Origin: Patagioenas fasciata | Taxonomy: Eukaryota | Reading direction: 5' to 3' | DNA: 64,000 nt | Assembly (NCBI RefSeq): GCF_037038585.1 | Contig: NC_092556.1 | Coordinates: forward strand, 514,619 to 578,618 | Shown here: positions 10,722 through 22,480 of the stretch, piece after piece | How positions within the stretch are numbered: the stretch's first letter is position 1 | Layout of the letters: each line of letters begins with the position of its first letter | Translations under genes and position numbers: made by a program | The notes under the pieces: generated by a model | What the model saw: the letters and a program-made list of their open reading frames with translations, nothing else | What the model was told of the DNA's origin: nothing | The model's database searches: none

Positions 10722-13134
10722 CTGGGGACATGGGGACAGCATGGGGACATCAGCGGGGACATGGGGACATCAGCGGGGACATGGGGACATCAGCGGGGAC
10801 ATGGGGACATTGGGGACATGGGGACATTGGGGGCAATGGGGACATGGGGACATTGGGGGCAATGGGGACATCAGCGGGGACATGGGGACATTGGGGACAT
10901 TGGGGACATTGGGGACATGGGGACAATGGGGACATTGGGGACACCATGGGGACATCAGTGGGGACACGGGGACCCCACAATCCCCACCCCCGTGTCCCCA
11001 TGTCCCCATCACCCCCATGGCCCCCAACGTCCCCATAGCCCCCATTGTCCCCAATGTCCCCACTGATGTCCCCATCACCCCCCCATGTCCCCACAACCCC
11101 CAATGTTCCCCCATGTCCCCACATCCCCCCACAACCCCCAATGTCCCTCTGTCCCTCAATGTCCCCATGTCCCCCCACATCCCCAATGTCCCCATTGCCC
11201 CCAATGTCCCATCACCGCCATTGTCCCCAATGTCCCCAATGTCCCCATCACCCCCATCACCCCCATTGTCCCCACTGCCCCCATTGTCCCCATTGCCCCC
11301 AATGCCCCCATTGTGCCCAATACCCCCCACCGCCCCCATTGACCCCCATATTCCCCCAATGTCCCCATTGTTCCCGTCACCCCCACCACCCCCAATGTCC
11401 CCAATGCCCCCAATGTCCCCCCTCCCCCATCACCCCCATTGTCCCCATCACCCCATCCCCCCATTGCCCCCACTGCCCCCATCCCCCCCCACCCCCATCC
11501 CCCCCATCCCTCTCACCGCCCCATCCCCCCATTGCCCCCCATCCCCCCCAATGTCCCCACGTCCCCCATCCCCCCCCCATCCCCCCATCCCCCCCACTGC
11601 CCCCATTGCCCCCCCCACCCCCATCCCCCCCCCCACCCCCAATGCCCCCATTGTCCCCATCCCCCCCATCACCCCCATCCCCCCATTGTCCCCATCCCCC
11701 CCACCACCCCCATCCCCCCATTGCCCCCATTGCCCCCATTGTCCCCCATTACCCCCCCACCCCCATCCCCCCATCCCCCCCACTGCCCCCATCCCCCCCC
11801 CACCCCCATCCCCCCCATTGCCCCCATTGCCCCCCATCCCCCCCACTGCCCCCATCCCTCCCCCACCCCCATCCCCCCATTGCCCCCATTGCCCCCCATC
11901 CCCCCCACTGCCCCCATCCCCCCCACCACCCCCATCCCCCCATTGCCCCCATTGTCCCCCATTACCCCCCCACCCCCATCCCCCCCAATGTCCCCATTGT
12001 CCCCATTGCCCCATCCCCCCCCACCCCCATCCCCCCAATGTCCCCAATGCCCCCATCCCCCCATTGCCCCCAATGTTCCCATTGCCCCCCATTACCCCCC
12101 CACCCCCATCCCCCCCAATGTCCCCATGTCCCCCATCCCCCCCCACCCCCATCCCCCCATTACCCCCAATGTCCCCATTGCCCCCTCACCCCCAATGTCC
12201 TCATCCCCCCATTGTCCCCATCCCCCCAATGTCCCCATTGCCCCCAATGTCCCCATCCCCCTCCCCACCCCCATCTCCCCCATTGTTCCCAATGTCCCCA
12301 TCCCCCCCATCCCCCTCCCCCTCCCCCCCATCCCCCCCATTGCACCCCCCACCCCCATCCCCCCATCCCCCCCATTGCCCCCATCCCCCTCAATGCCCCC
12401 ATTGTCCCCATCCCCCCCCCCACCCCCATCCCCCCCAATGCCCCCAATGTCCCCATGCCCCCATCACTCCCATCCCCCCATCCCCCCCATTGCCCCCCCC
12501 ACCCCCATCCCCCCAATGCCCCCAATGTCCCCATCCCCCCCCATCCCCCTCCCCCTCCCCCCCATCCCCCCCATTGCACCCCCCACCCCCATCCCCCCAT
12601 TGTCCCCATTGCCCCCCATTACCCCCCCACCCCCATCCTGCCCAATGTCCCCATCCCCCCCCACCCCCATCCCCCCATTACCCCCAACGTCCCCATTGCC
12701 CCCTCACCCCCATTGCCCCCATCCCCCCCCAACCCCCCCAATGTCCCCCTCCCCCCCCATCACTCCCATCCCCCCATTGCCCCCATTGCCCCCCATTGCC
12801 CCCCACCCCTATCCCCCCCATTGCTCCCAATGTCCCCATCCCCCCCCCCCTCCCCCCCATCCCCCCATTGCCCCCCATCCCCCCCAATGTCCCCACGTCC
12901 CCCATCCCCCCACCACCCCCATCCCCCCCCCCACCCCCATTGCCCCCATTGTCCCCATCCCCCCACCCCCCCCATCCCCCCACCCCCCCCACCGCCCCAT
13001 CCCCCCACCGCCCCCATCCCCCCCATCCCCCCATCCCCCCCATTACCCCCAATGTCCCCCCCCATCCCCACCCCCCCACTGTCCCCATCCCCCCCACTGT
13101 CCCCCATCCCCCCCCCCAATGTCCCCGCTGTCAC

Positions 13135-13286
13135 CTCCCCAGCGGGACCCCCACGTAGAAGGCGGCGAGCGCGGGGGTGCGGGCGGGGCCGGCGCTGACG
13201 TCAGCGATGAGGGCGGGGGCCAGCGTGCTGAACCCCCCCTCCCCCACCCCCACCAGCGCCCGGCCCAGCAGCAGCAGCCAGAACCC
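13135..13286 (-). CDS. SPNS1: SPNS1 exon 4
   Basis: Acceptor ccgccctttgcgcag|GGG. Encodes GFWLLLLGRALVGVGEGGFSTLAPALIADVSAGPARTPALAAFYVGVPLG(S). Donor GGGGAG|gtgaca. Matches human [51 protein letters not shown]. Confidence 0.85.
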
Positions 13287-14745
13287 CTGCGCAAAGGGCG
13301 GGGTCAGCGGGGGCACGGGGGCACGGGGTCACAGGGGGTCATGGGGTCACAGGGGTCATGGGGTCATAGGGGGCGTGGGGGTCACAGGGGGTCATGGGGT
13401 CACAGGGGCTCACAGGGGGTCACAGGGGGTCAGGGGGTCACAGGGGGTCATGGGGTCATAGGGGGGCGTGGGGTCACAGGGGGCATGGGGTCATATGGGG
13501 TCACGGGGGTCATGGGGTCACAGGGGGTCACAGGGGGTCATGGGGTCACAGGGGGTCAGGGGGTCACAGGGGCTCACAGGGGGTGTGGGGTCACAGGGGG
13601 TCACAGGGGTCATGGGGTCACAGGGGGGCGTGGGGTCACAGGGGGTCATGAGGTCACAGGGGGTCACAGGGGGTCATGGGGGGCAGGGGTCACCGGGGTC
13701 ACGGGGTCAGGGGCTCACAGGGGGTCACAGGGGGTCACGGGGGGCAGGGGTCACACGGGTCATGGGGGCAGGGGGTCACAGGGGGTCATGGGGTCACAGG
13801 GGGTCAGGGGGTCACAGGGGGTCATGGGGTCACAGGGGGTCAGGGGGTCACAGGGGGTCACGGGGGGCAGGGGTCACAGGGGACATGGGGTCAAGGGGTC
13901 ACAGGGGGGCACGGGGTCACAGGGGGGCATGGGGTCATATGGGGTCACGGGGGTCATGGGGTCAGGGGGTCAAAGGGGGTCAGGGGATCACAGGGGTCAT
14001 GGGGTCATGGGGTCACAGGGGGGCGTGGGGTCACAGGGGGTCATGAGGTCACAGGGGGTCATGGGGTCACAGGGGGTCATGGGGTCACAGGGGGTCACAG
14101 GGGTCACGGTCAGGGGGTCACAGGGGGTCAGGGGGTCACAGGGGGGTGTGGGGTCACAGGGGGTCACAGGGGGTCATGGGGTCATAGGGGGGCACGGGGT
14201 CACATAGGGTCACAGGGGGTCATGGGGTCACAGGGTGTCAGGGGGTCACAGGGGGTCACCGGGGTCACGGGGTCAGGGGGTCACACCCACCCCACAGCCC
14301 CCCATGTCCTACCCCATTGTGCCCCACACCCACCCCATACCCACCCCATGTCCCCCCATGTCCCGCCCCACTGTGCCCCACACCCACCCCACACCCACCC
14401 CACAGCCCCCCATGTTCCGCCCCATTGTGCCCCACACCCGCCCCACACCCACCCCACAGCCCCCCATGTCCCGCCCCACTGTGCCCCACACCCACCCCAC
14501 ACCCACCCCACAGCCCCCCATGTCCCGCCCCACTGTGCCCCACATCTGCCCCACACCCACCCCATAGCCCCCCATGTCCCGCCCCATTGTGCCCCACACC
14601 CACCCCACAGCCCCCCATGTCCCCCCATGTCCCGCCCCACTGTGCCCCACATCTGCCCCACACCCACCCCATAGCCCCCCATGTCCCCCCATGTCCCGCC
14701 CCACCGTGCCCCACATCTGCCCCACACCCGCCCCACACCCACCTG

Positions 14746-14882
14746 GGGGGGCACGAAGCTGCTGGCCAGGGTGGCCCCGCCCCATAGGGCGCTGGCCCCA
14801 CAGAGCAGGAGCTTCCGGTTCCAGCGATCGCCCAGGAACCCGAAGAGGGGGGCGAGCAGGAGGTAACTGAGGATGAACACTG
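14746..14882 (-). CDS. SPNS1: SPNS1 exon 3
   Basis: Acceptor ccacggattctcag|TG, which lies inside the last unit of the adjacent 46-bp satellite. Encodes (V)FILSYLLLAPLFGFLGDRWNRKLLLCGASALWGGATLASSFVPPQ. Donor CCCCAG|gtgggt. Matches human [44 protein letters not shown]. Confidence 0.8.
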
Positions 14883-17300
14883 AGAATCCGTGGGTCAGAC
14901 CCACACGTGTGGGGCACGAACCCACCCAGCAGCCATGGGTCAGACCCACACGTGTGGGGCAGGAACCGACACTGAGAATCCATGGGTCAGACCCACACGT
15001 GTGGGGCACAAACCCACCCAGCAGCCATGGGTCAGACCCACACGTGTGGGGCAGGAACCCACCCAGCAGCCATGGGTCAGACCCACACGTGTGGGGCAGG
15101 AACCCACCCAGCAGCCATGGGTCAGACCCACACGTGTGGGGCAGGAACCCAAACCCAGCATCCATGGGTCAGACCCACACGTGTGGGGCAGGAACCCACC
15201 CAGCAGCCATGGGTCAGACCCACACGTGTGGGGCAGGAACCGACAGTGAGCAGCTATGGGTCAGACCCACACGTGTGGGGCAGGAACCCAAACCCAGCAT
15301 CTATGGGTCAGACCCACACGTGTGGGGCAGGAACCAACACTGAGAATCCATGGGTCAGACCCACACGTGTGGGGCAGGAACCCAAACCCAGCATCCATGG
15401 GTCAGACCCACACGTGTGGGGCAGGAACCCAAACCCAGCAGCCATGGGTCAGACCCACACGTGTGGGGCAGGAACCGACACTGAGAATCCATGGGTCAGA
15501 CCCACACGTGTGGGGCAGGAACCCAAACCCAGCATCCATGGGTCAGACCCACACGTGTGGGGCAGGAACCCACCCAGCATCTATGGGTCAGACCCACACA
15601 TGTGGGGCAGGAACCAACACTGAGAATCCATGGGTCAGACCCACACGTGTGGGGCAGGAACCCAAACCCAGCAGCCATGGGTCAGACCCACACGTGTGGG
15701 GCAGGAACCAACCCAGCAGCCATGGGTCAGACCCACACGTGTGGGGCAGGAACCCACCCAGCAGCCATGGGTCAGACCCACACGTGTGGGGCAGGAACCG
15801 ACAGTGAGCAGCTATGGGTCAGACCCACACGTGTGGGGCAGGAACCCAAACCCAGCATCCATGGGTCAGACCCACACGTGTGGGGCAGGAACCCAAACCC
15901 AGCATCCATGGGTCAGACCCACACGTGTGGGGCAGGAACCCAAACCCAGCAGCCATGGGTCAGACCCACACGTGTGGGGCAGGAACCGACACTGAGAATC
16001 CATGGGTCAGACCCACACGTGTGGGGCAGGAACCCAAACCCAGCATCCATGGGTCAGACCCACACGTGTGGGGCAGGAACCAACACTGAGAATCCATGGG
16101 TCAGACCCACACGTGTGGGGCACGAACCCACCCAGCAGCCATGGGTCAGACCCACACGTGTGGGGCAGGAACCCAAACCCAGCATCCATGGGTCAGACCC
16201 ACACGTGTGGGGCAGGAACCAAGACTGAGAATCCATGGGTCAGACCCACACGTGTGGGGCAGGAACCAACACTGAGAATCCATGGGTCAGACCCACACGT
16301 GTGGGGCAGGAACCGACACTGAGCAGCTATGGGTCAGACCCACACGTGTGGGGCAGCAACCCAAACCCAGCATCTATGGGTCAGACCCACACGTGTGGGG
16401 CAGGAACCCACCCAGCAGCCATGGGTCAGACCCACACGTGTGGGGCAGGAACCGACAGTGAGCAGCTATGGGTCAGACCCACACGTGTGGGGCAGGAACC
16501 CACCCAGCAGCCATGGGTCAGACCCACACGTGTGGGGCAGGAACCGACAGTGAGTAGCTATGGGTCAGACCCACACGTGTGGGGCAGGAACCCAAACCCA
16601 GCAGCCATGGGTCAGACCCACACGTGTGGGGCAGGAACCGACAGTGAGCAGCTATGGGTCAGACCCACACGTGTGGGGCAGGAACCCACCCAGCAGCCAT
16701 GGGTCAGACCCACACGTGTGGGGCAGGAACCCACCCAGCATCTATGGGTCAGACCCACACGTGTGGGGCAGGAACCCACCCAGCATCTATGGGTCAGACC
16801 CACACGTGTGGGGCAGGAACCGACAGTGAGCAGCTATGGGTCAGACCCACACGTGTGGGGCAGGAACCGACCCAGCAGCCATGGGTCAGACCCACACGTG
16901 TGGGGCAGGAACCCACCCAGCAGCCATGGGTCAGACCCACACATGTGGGGCAGGAACCAACACTGAGAATCCATGGGTCAGACCCACACGTGTGGGGCAG
17001 CAACCCAAACCCAGCATCTATGGGTCAGACCCACACATGTGGGGCAGGAACCAACACTGAGAATCCATGGGTCAGACCCACACGTGTGGGGCAGGAACCA
17101 ACCCAGCATCCATGGGTCAGACCCACACGTGTGGGGCAGGAACCAACACTGAGAGTGCGGGGGTCAGACCCACACGTGTGGGGCAGGAACCCACCCAGCA
17201 TCTATGGGTCAGACCCACACGTGTGGGGCAGGAACCCACCCAGCATCTATGGGTCAGACCCACACGTGTGGGGCAGGAACCAACACTGAGCAGCTACGGG
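14883..17300. repeat. 46-bp palindromic E-box satellite, ~52 copies (cccacacgtgtggggcaggaacccacccagcagccatgggtcagac), in SPNS1 intron 2
   Basis: Every unit contains the perfect 16-bp palindrome CCCCACACGTGTGGGG with a central CACGTG E-box. The array is followed at 17300-17620 by a related ~60-bp repeat carrying the same palindrome. Confidence 0.9.
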
Positions 17301-17619
17301 TCAGACCCACACGTGTGGGGCACTATGGGGCAGAGCTGTCTGCAGGAGCTCTATGGGGGTGATGTGTGGGTCAGCCCCACACGTGTGGGGCGCTATGGGG
17401 CAGAGCTGTCTGCAGGAGCTCTATGGGGGTGATGTGTGGGTCAGCCCCACACGTGTGGGGCGCTATGGGGCAGACCTGTCTGCAGGAGCTCTATGGGGGG
17501 GTGATGTGTGGGTCAGCCCCACACGTGTGGGGCGCTATGGGGCAGAGCTGTCTGCAGGAGCTCTATGGGGGGGTGATGTGTGGGTCAGCCCCACACGTGT
17601 GGGGCGCTATGGGGCAGAC

Positions 17620-17685
17620 CTGTCTGCAGGAGCCCGGATTTCCCGTCATCGATGCCGAAATAATCCTCAATATCCGGGAGAACAC
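17620..17685 (-). CDS. SPNS1: SPNS1 exon 2
   Basis: Acceptor gtctgtgccccccag|GT. Encodes (G)VLPDIEDYFGIDDGKSGLLQT(V). Donor CAGACAG|gtctgc (weak). Matches human GVLPDIEQFFNIGDSSSGLIQT. Confidence 0.8.
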
Positions 17686-18463
17686 CTGGGGGGCACAGAC
17701 CCATAAGTGACCCATAAGTGACCCATAAGTGACCCATAAGTGACCCATAAGTGACCCACAGCGACCCATAGAGACCCATAACCGACCAAAAATTGACCCA
17801 CAAGTGACCCATGAATCTCCCATAGTGACCCCCTGACCCATAAGTGACCCACAGCAACCCCCTAACTGACCCATAGTGACCCATAAGAGACCCATAGTGA
17901 CCCATAAGTAACCCAAAGTGACCCATAACTGACCCATAAGTGACCCATAAGTGACCCAAAGTGACCCATAGCAACCCCATAAGTGACACATAGCGACCCA
18001 TAAGTGACCCATAAGTGACCCAAAGTGACCCATAGCAACCCCATAACTGACCCATAGCAACCCCATAAGTGACCCATAGAGACCCATAAGTGACCCCATA
18101 GCAACCCCATAAGTGACCCATAGTGACCCATAAGTGACCCAAAGTGACCCCATAAGCGACCCATAAGTGACCCATAAGTGACCCATAACTGGCCCTTAGT
18201 GACCCATAAGTGACCTATAGAGACCCCCGTAACTGACCCATAGAGACCCATAAGTGACCCCGTTTTGCCCCCCCTGCCCCACATCTCCCCCCACATCTCC
18301 CCACACCCCGCCCCCCATCTGCCCCATATCTGCCCCACATCCCACCCCACATCTCCCCCATTCTCTCCCCATATCCCACCCCATTTACTCCCCACATCTC
18401 CCCACACCCCGCCCCACACCCCGACCCCCACATCTCCCCACATCCTGCCCCACATCTCCCCAC

Positions 18464-18659
18464 CAGCCAGTGTGAACCGGTCCATGTAGTTGAGCAGGTT
18501 GACGTAGCACAGCACGGCCAGCGTGCGCCGGGGCGCCGTGGGGCCGCTATGGGGCGCTGTGGGGCCGCTATGGGGCGCCGTGGGGCTGGGGGGGGCGCTG
18601 TGGGGCAGCCCCTCCCCCCCCGTGTCGTCCGCGCGGTGAAGGAGCGGCCCCGACGCCAT
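18464..18659 (-). CDS. SPNS1: SPNS1 exon 1 (start codon)
   Basis: ATG is the reverse complement of plus 18657-18659, in the context ccccATGG. Encodes MASGPLLHRADDTGGEGLPHSAPPSPTAPHSGPTAPHSGPTAPRRTLAVLCYVNLLNYMDRFTLA(G). Donor CTGGCTG|gtgggg. Matches human ...RSALIVAVLCYINLLNYMDRFTVAG. There is no in-frame stop upstream, so the start codon is inferred from homology and context. Confidence 0.7.
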
Positions 18660-19430
18660 GGGGCAGCCTGGGGGGAGACCCACAGGGACCACGGGGTGAC
18701 CCATAGGGACCCATAGGGACCCACAGAGTGACCCATAGGGACCATGGGGTGACCCATAGGGACCCATAGGGACCCATAGAGACCATGGAGTGACCCATAG
18801 GGACCATGGGGTGACCCACAGGGACCCATAGAGTGACCCATAGGGACCATGGGGTGACCCACAGGGACCCATAGAGTGACCCATAGGGACCATGGGGTGA
18901 CCCATAGGGACCCATAGGGACCCATAGGGACCATGGGGTGACCCATAGGGATACATAGGGACCCATAGAGTGACCCATAGGGACCATGGGGTGACCCATA
19001 GGGACCCATAGAGACCATGGAGTGACCCATAGGGACCCATAGAGTGACCCATAGGGACCATGGGGTGACCCATAGGGACCCATAAAGACCCACAGAGTTA
19101 CCCATAGGGACCCATAGGGACCCATAGAGTGACCCATAGGGACCATGGGGTGACCCACAGGGACACATAGGGACCCATAGGGACCCACAGAGTTACCCAT
19201 AGGGACCCATAGGGACCCATAGAGACCATAGAGACCCATAGGGACCATAGAGACCCACAGAGACCCATAGGGACCCATAGAGACCCATAGAGTGACCCAT
19301 AGAGACCGATAGAGACCCATAGAGACCCATAGAGTGACCCATAGAGACCGATAGAGACCCATAGAGACCCATAGAGTGACCCATAGAGACCCATAGAGAC
19401 CATAGAGACTCTAGAGACCCAAATTCCCCC
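18660..19430. repeat. Tandem satellite (gggacccatagggaccatggggtgacccatag family) between the SPNS1 start codon and the promoter
   Basis: Direct reading. It probably lies within the SPNS1 5'UTR or an intron, because promoter-like unique sequence only begins at ~19430. Confidence 0.8.
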
Positions 19431-19558
19431 CCCCTTCCCCCGCCCCTCCCCCCACCCCTCTCCCCCCCTCCTCTCCCCCATTTTTGCCCCAAACCCGCGG
19501 TTTTCACCCCAATTTTCCCCCTTTCCCGCCCTCACCGGCCGCCCCGGCCCAGCCGCGG

Positions 19559-19606
19559 CTCACGTGACCTCGCGCTCACGTGACCACCCCCCCTCCACAC
19601 GTGACC
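19559..19606. promoter_or_regulatory. Cluster of three CACGTG E-boxes (two are TCACGTGAC CLEAR-like motifs)
   Basis: gctCACGTGAcctcgcgctCACGTGAccaccccccctccaCACGTGAccgc. The lysosomal CLEAR consensus GTCACGTGAC is matched 9/10 by the first two. Confidence 0.55.
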
Positions 19607-19869
19607 GCCGCTTCCGAGAAGAAGCCGGAAGTGGCGTCCACTCCCCCCCCCCCCCCCCCGCCGCTTTACGAGAGAAATGGTGGCGATTTGGGGCCAAATT
19701 CGGGCCGTTCTGCCCCAAAATGCGACGGGGGGAGGGGAAACAATGGGGGAAATTGGCGGGAAATTCACCAGAGCTGCCTAAAAGAGCCCAAATGGGTCCC
19801 CCCCGAACTCCTGGGTCCGTCCCTCCCCCCGCCCCCCACCGCCGCCCCCGTCCATGGGGCGGGAGGAGG

Positions 19870-20200
19870 CGGGAGAACCAATGGGGGTGGAGGGGGCGGG
19901 GCGAGCGGCGCCTATGAGCCAATGGGAAGCGAGCGGGGGGGCGGGGGAAGCACCGGGGTCAACGGGGAGCGCGGCTGAGCCAATAGGAAGCGAGCGGGCG
20001 GGGCGAACCGCTCCGTGAACCAATGGGAAGCGAGTGGGCGGGGCGAGCTGGCTGTTTCACCGGGGAGCGAGTGGGCGGGGCTCGCGGCGCCGCTGAACCA
20101 ATGGGAACCGAGCGTGCGGGACGCGCGGCGCCCTGAGCCAATAGGGAGGGAGTAGGGGGGGGAGCGGCGGCGCTGAACCAATGGGGATGAAGCGGGGGGG
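19870..20200. repeat. Tandem ~45-60 bp promoter repeat, seven units of CCAAT box + GC box (gagCCAATgggaagcgagcGGGCGGGGCg)
   Basis: CCAATGGG or CCAATAGG occurs at ~19878, 19917, 19978, 20019, 20099, 20138 and 20178, each followed by gaagcgagcgggcggggcg-like sequence. The array lies immediately upstream of the INO80E ATG. Confidence 0.7.
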
Positions 20201-20238
20201 GCTCCCGGCACTTCCGTGAAGGAGCCGGAAGTGCGGCC

Positions 20239-20322
20239 ATGAACGGGGCGGGCGAGGTGGACGGCGGGGGCTACAAACGGCGCTACCGGGCCCTCAAGCG
20301 GCGCCTCAAGCTGCTGCTCTAC
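20239..20322 (+). CDS. INO80E: INO80E (INO80 complex subunit E) exon 1 (start codon)
   Basis: ATG at 20239. Encodes MNGAGEVDGGGYKRRYRALKRRLKLLLY. Donor CTCTAC|gtgagg. Matches human INO80E [27 protein letters not shown]. Confidence 0.85.
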
Positions 20323-20929
20323 GTGAGGGAAAGGGCGGGAAAGGGGGGGGAGGGGGGGCTTGGGGGAGGGGTGGGGGGGAACCCAGAGTGCGGGGGGGGA
20401 TGGGGGCATTGGGGGTTCTGACCCATAAGTGGAGCCATACGTGGCCCCATAGACCCATAAGTGGCCCCATAGATACATAAGTGGCCCCATAGATACATAA
20501 GTGGCCCCATAGACCCATAAGTGGCCCCATAGACTCATAAATGGACCCATAAGTGGCCCCATAGACCCATAAGTGGACCCATGGACCCATAAGTGGCCCC
20601 ATAAGTGGCCCCATAGACCCATAAGTGGACCCATGGACCCAGAACTGGACCCATAGACCCATAAATGGCCCCATAAGTGGATCTTTAGACCCAGAACCTA
20701 CCCCATAGACCCATAAGTGGCCCCATAAGTGGCCCCATAGACCCATAAATGGACCCTTAGACTCGTAAGTGGCCCCATAAGTGGCCCCATAAGTGGACCC
20801 TTAGGCCCATAAGTGGCCCCATAGACCCATAAGTGGCCCCATAAGTGGCCCCATAGACCCATAAATGGACCCATGGACCCATAAGTGGCCCCATAAGTGG
20901 CCCCATAGACCCAGAACTGGACCCATTGT

Positions 20930-22380
20930 GACTTTTGGGTCTGAAATTGGGGATTTTGGGGCCTAAAATGGGGATTTTTGGGCTTAAAATTGTGAATTTG
21001 GGGCCTGAAATTGGGGATTTTGGGGCCTAAAGTGGGGATTTTGGGTCCTAAAATTGTGACTTTGGGGCCTAAAATGGGGATTTTTGGGGCCTAAAATGGG
21101 GAATTTTGTGGCAAAATTGGGGATTTTGGGGCCTAAAATGGGGACTTTTGGGCCTAAAATGGGGAATTTGAGGCCTAAATTGGGTCTTTTTGGATCAAAT
21201 TTGGTGGCTTTTGGGTCAAAATTGGGCCTTTTTGGGTCTGAAATGGAGCATTTTGGGGCCTGGAATTGAGATTTTGGGGTGAAATTGGGGTTTTTGGGGT
21301 GAAATTGGGGTTTTGGGGGTGAAATTGGGGTTTTTGGGGGTGAAATTGGGGTTTTTTGGGGTGAAATTGGGGTTTTTGGGGGTGAAATTGGGGTTTTGGG
21401 GGGTGAAATTGGGGTTTTTTGGGCCTAAAATGGGGATTTTTGGGGTGAAATTGGGGTTTTTGGGGCCTAAAATGGGGATTTTTGGGGGTGAAATTGGGGT
21501 TTTTGGGGTGAAATTGGGGTTTTTGGGGTGAAATTGGGGATTTTGGGGGTGAAATTGGGGTTTTTGGGGGTGAAATTGGGGCTTTTTGGGCCTAAAATGG
21601 GGATTTTTGGGGTGAAATTGGGGTTTTTGGGGCCTAAAATGGGGATTTTTGGGGTGAAATTGGGGATTTTGGGGGTGAAATTGGGGTTTTTGGGGTGAAA
21701 TTGGGGATTTTGGGGTGAAATTGGGGATTTTTGGGGGTGAAATTGGGTTTTTTTGGGGTGAAATTGGGGATTTTGGGGGTGAAATTGGGGTTTTTGGGGG
21801 TGAAATTGGGGCTTTTTGGGCCTAAAATGGGGATTTTTGGGGTGAAATTGGGGTTTTTGGGGCCTAAAATGGGGATTTTTGGGGTGAAATTGGGGATTTT
21901 GGGGGTGAAATTGGGGTTTTTGGGGGTGAAATTGGGGATTTTTGGGGTGAAATTGGGGTTTTTTGGGGGTGAAATTGGGGTTTTTGGGGGTGAAATTGGG
22001 GATTTTTGGGGTGAAATTGGGGATTTTTGGGGGTGAAATTTGGGTTTTTTGGGGTGGAATTGGGGATTTTTGGGGTGAAATTGGGGTTTTTTGGGGGTGA
22101 AATTGGGGTTTTTGGGGGTGAAATTGGGGATTTTTGGGGTGAAATTGGGGATTTTTGGGGGTGAAATTTGGGTTTTTTGGGGTGAAATTGGGGTTTTTGG
22201 GGGTGAAATTGGGGCTTGTTGGGCCTAAAATGGGGATTTTTGGGGTGAAATTGGGGTTTTTTGGGGTGAAATTGGGGATTTTTGGGGGTGAAATTGGGGC
22301 TTGTTGGGCCTAAAATGGGGATTTTGGGGGTGAAATTGGGGTTTTTGGGGTCGTTTCTGGGCGTTTTTCCTCCCGTTTTG
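20930..22380. repeat. Tandem repeats (gggattttggggcctaaaatgggg / ggtgaaattggggtttttgggg family) in INO80E intron 1
   Basis: Direct reading. It is preceded at 20400-20930 by a ccataagtggccccatagaccc family. Confidence 0.85.
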
Positions 22381-22409
22381 CCCAAAATCGCCGTTTTTCG
22401 CCCCGAAAG

Positions 22410-22480
22410 GAGCAGGAATGCTTCCAGGACGAGCTCCGCAGGGCCCAGCGCAAACTGCTCAAGGTCTCGCGCGACAAAAG
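22410..22480 (+). CDS. INO80E: INO80E exon 2
   Basis: Acceptor gccgtttttcgccccgaaag|GAG. Encodes [23 protein letters not shown](S). Donor AAAAG|gtcccg (weak). Matches human [24 protein letters not shown]. Confidence 0.8.

Larger units (their letters stand above)
19430..20238. promoter_or_regulatory. Bidirectional CpG-island-type promoter shared by SPNS1 (minus) and INO80E (plus)
   Basis: This is unique GC-rich sequence between two divergent start codons (18659 on minus, 20239 on plus). It contains three E-boxes CTCACGTGACC, CTCACGTGACC and ACACGTGACC at 19559-19606. ETS-type CCGGAAGTG sites occur at 19625-19633 and 20225-20233, with inverted CTTCCG partners at 19611 and 20211. There are seven CCAAT boxes, each followed by a GGGCGGGGC GC-box, at ~19870-20200. 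No TATA box is present. Confidence 0.65.
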
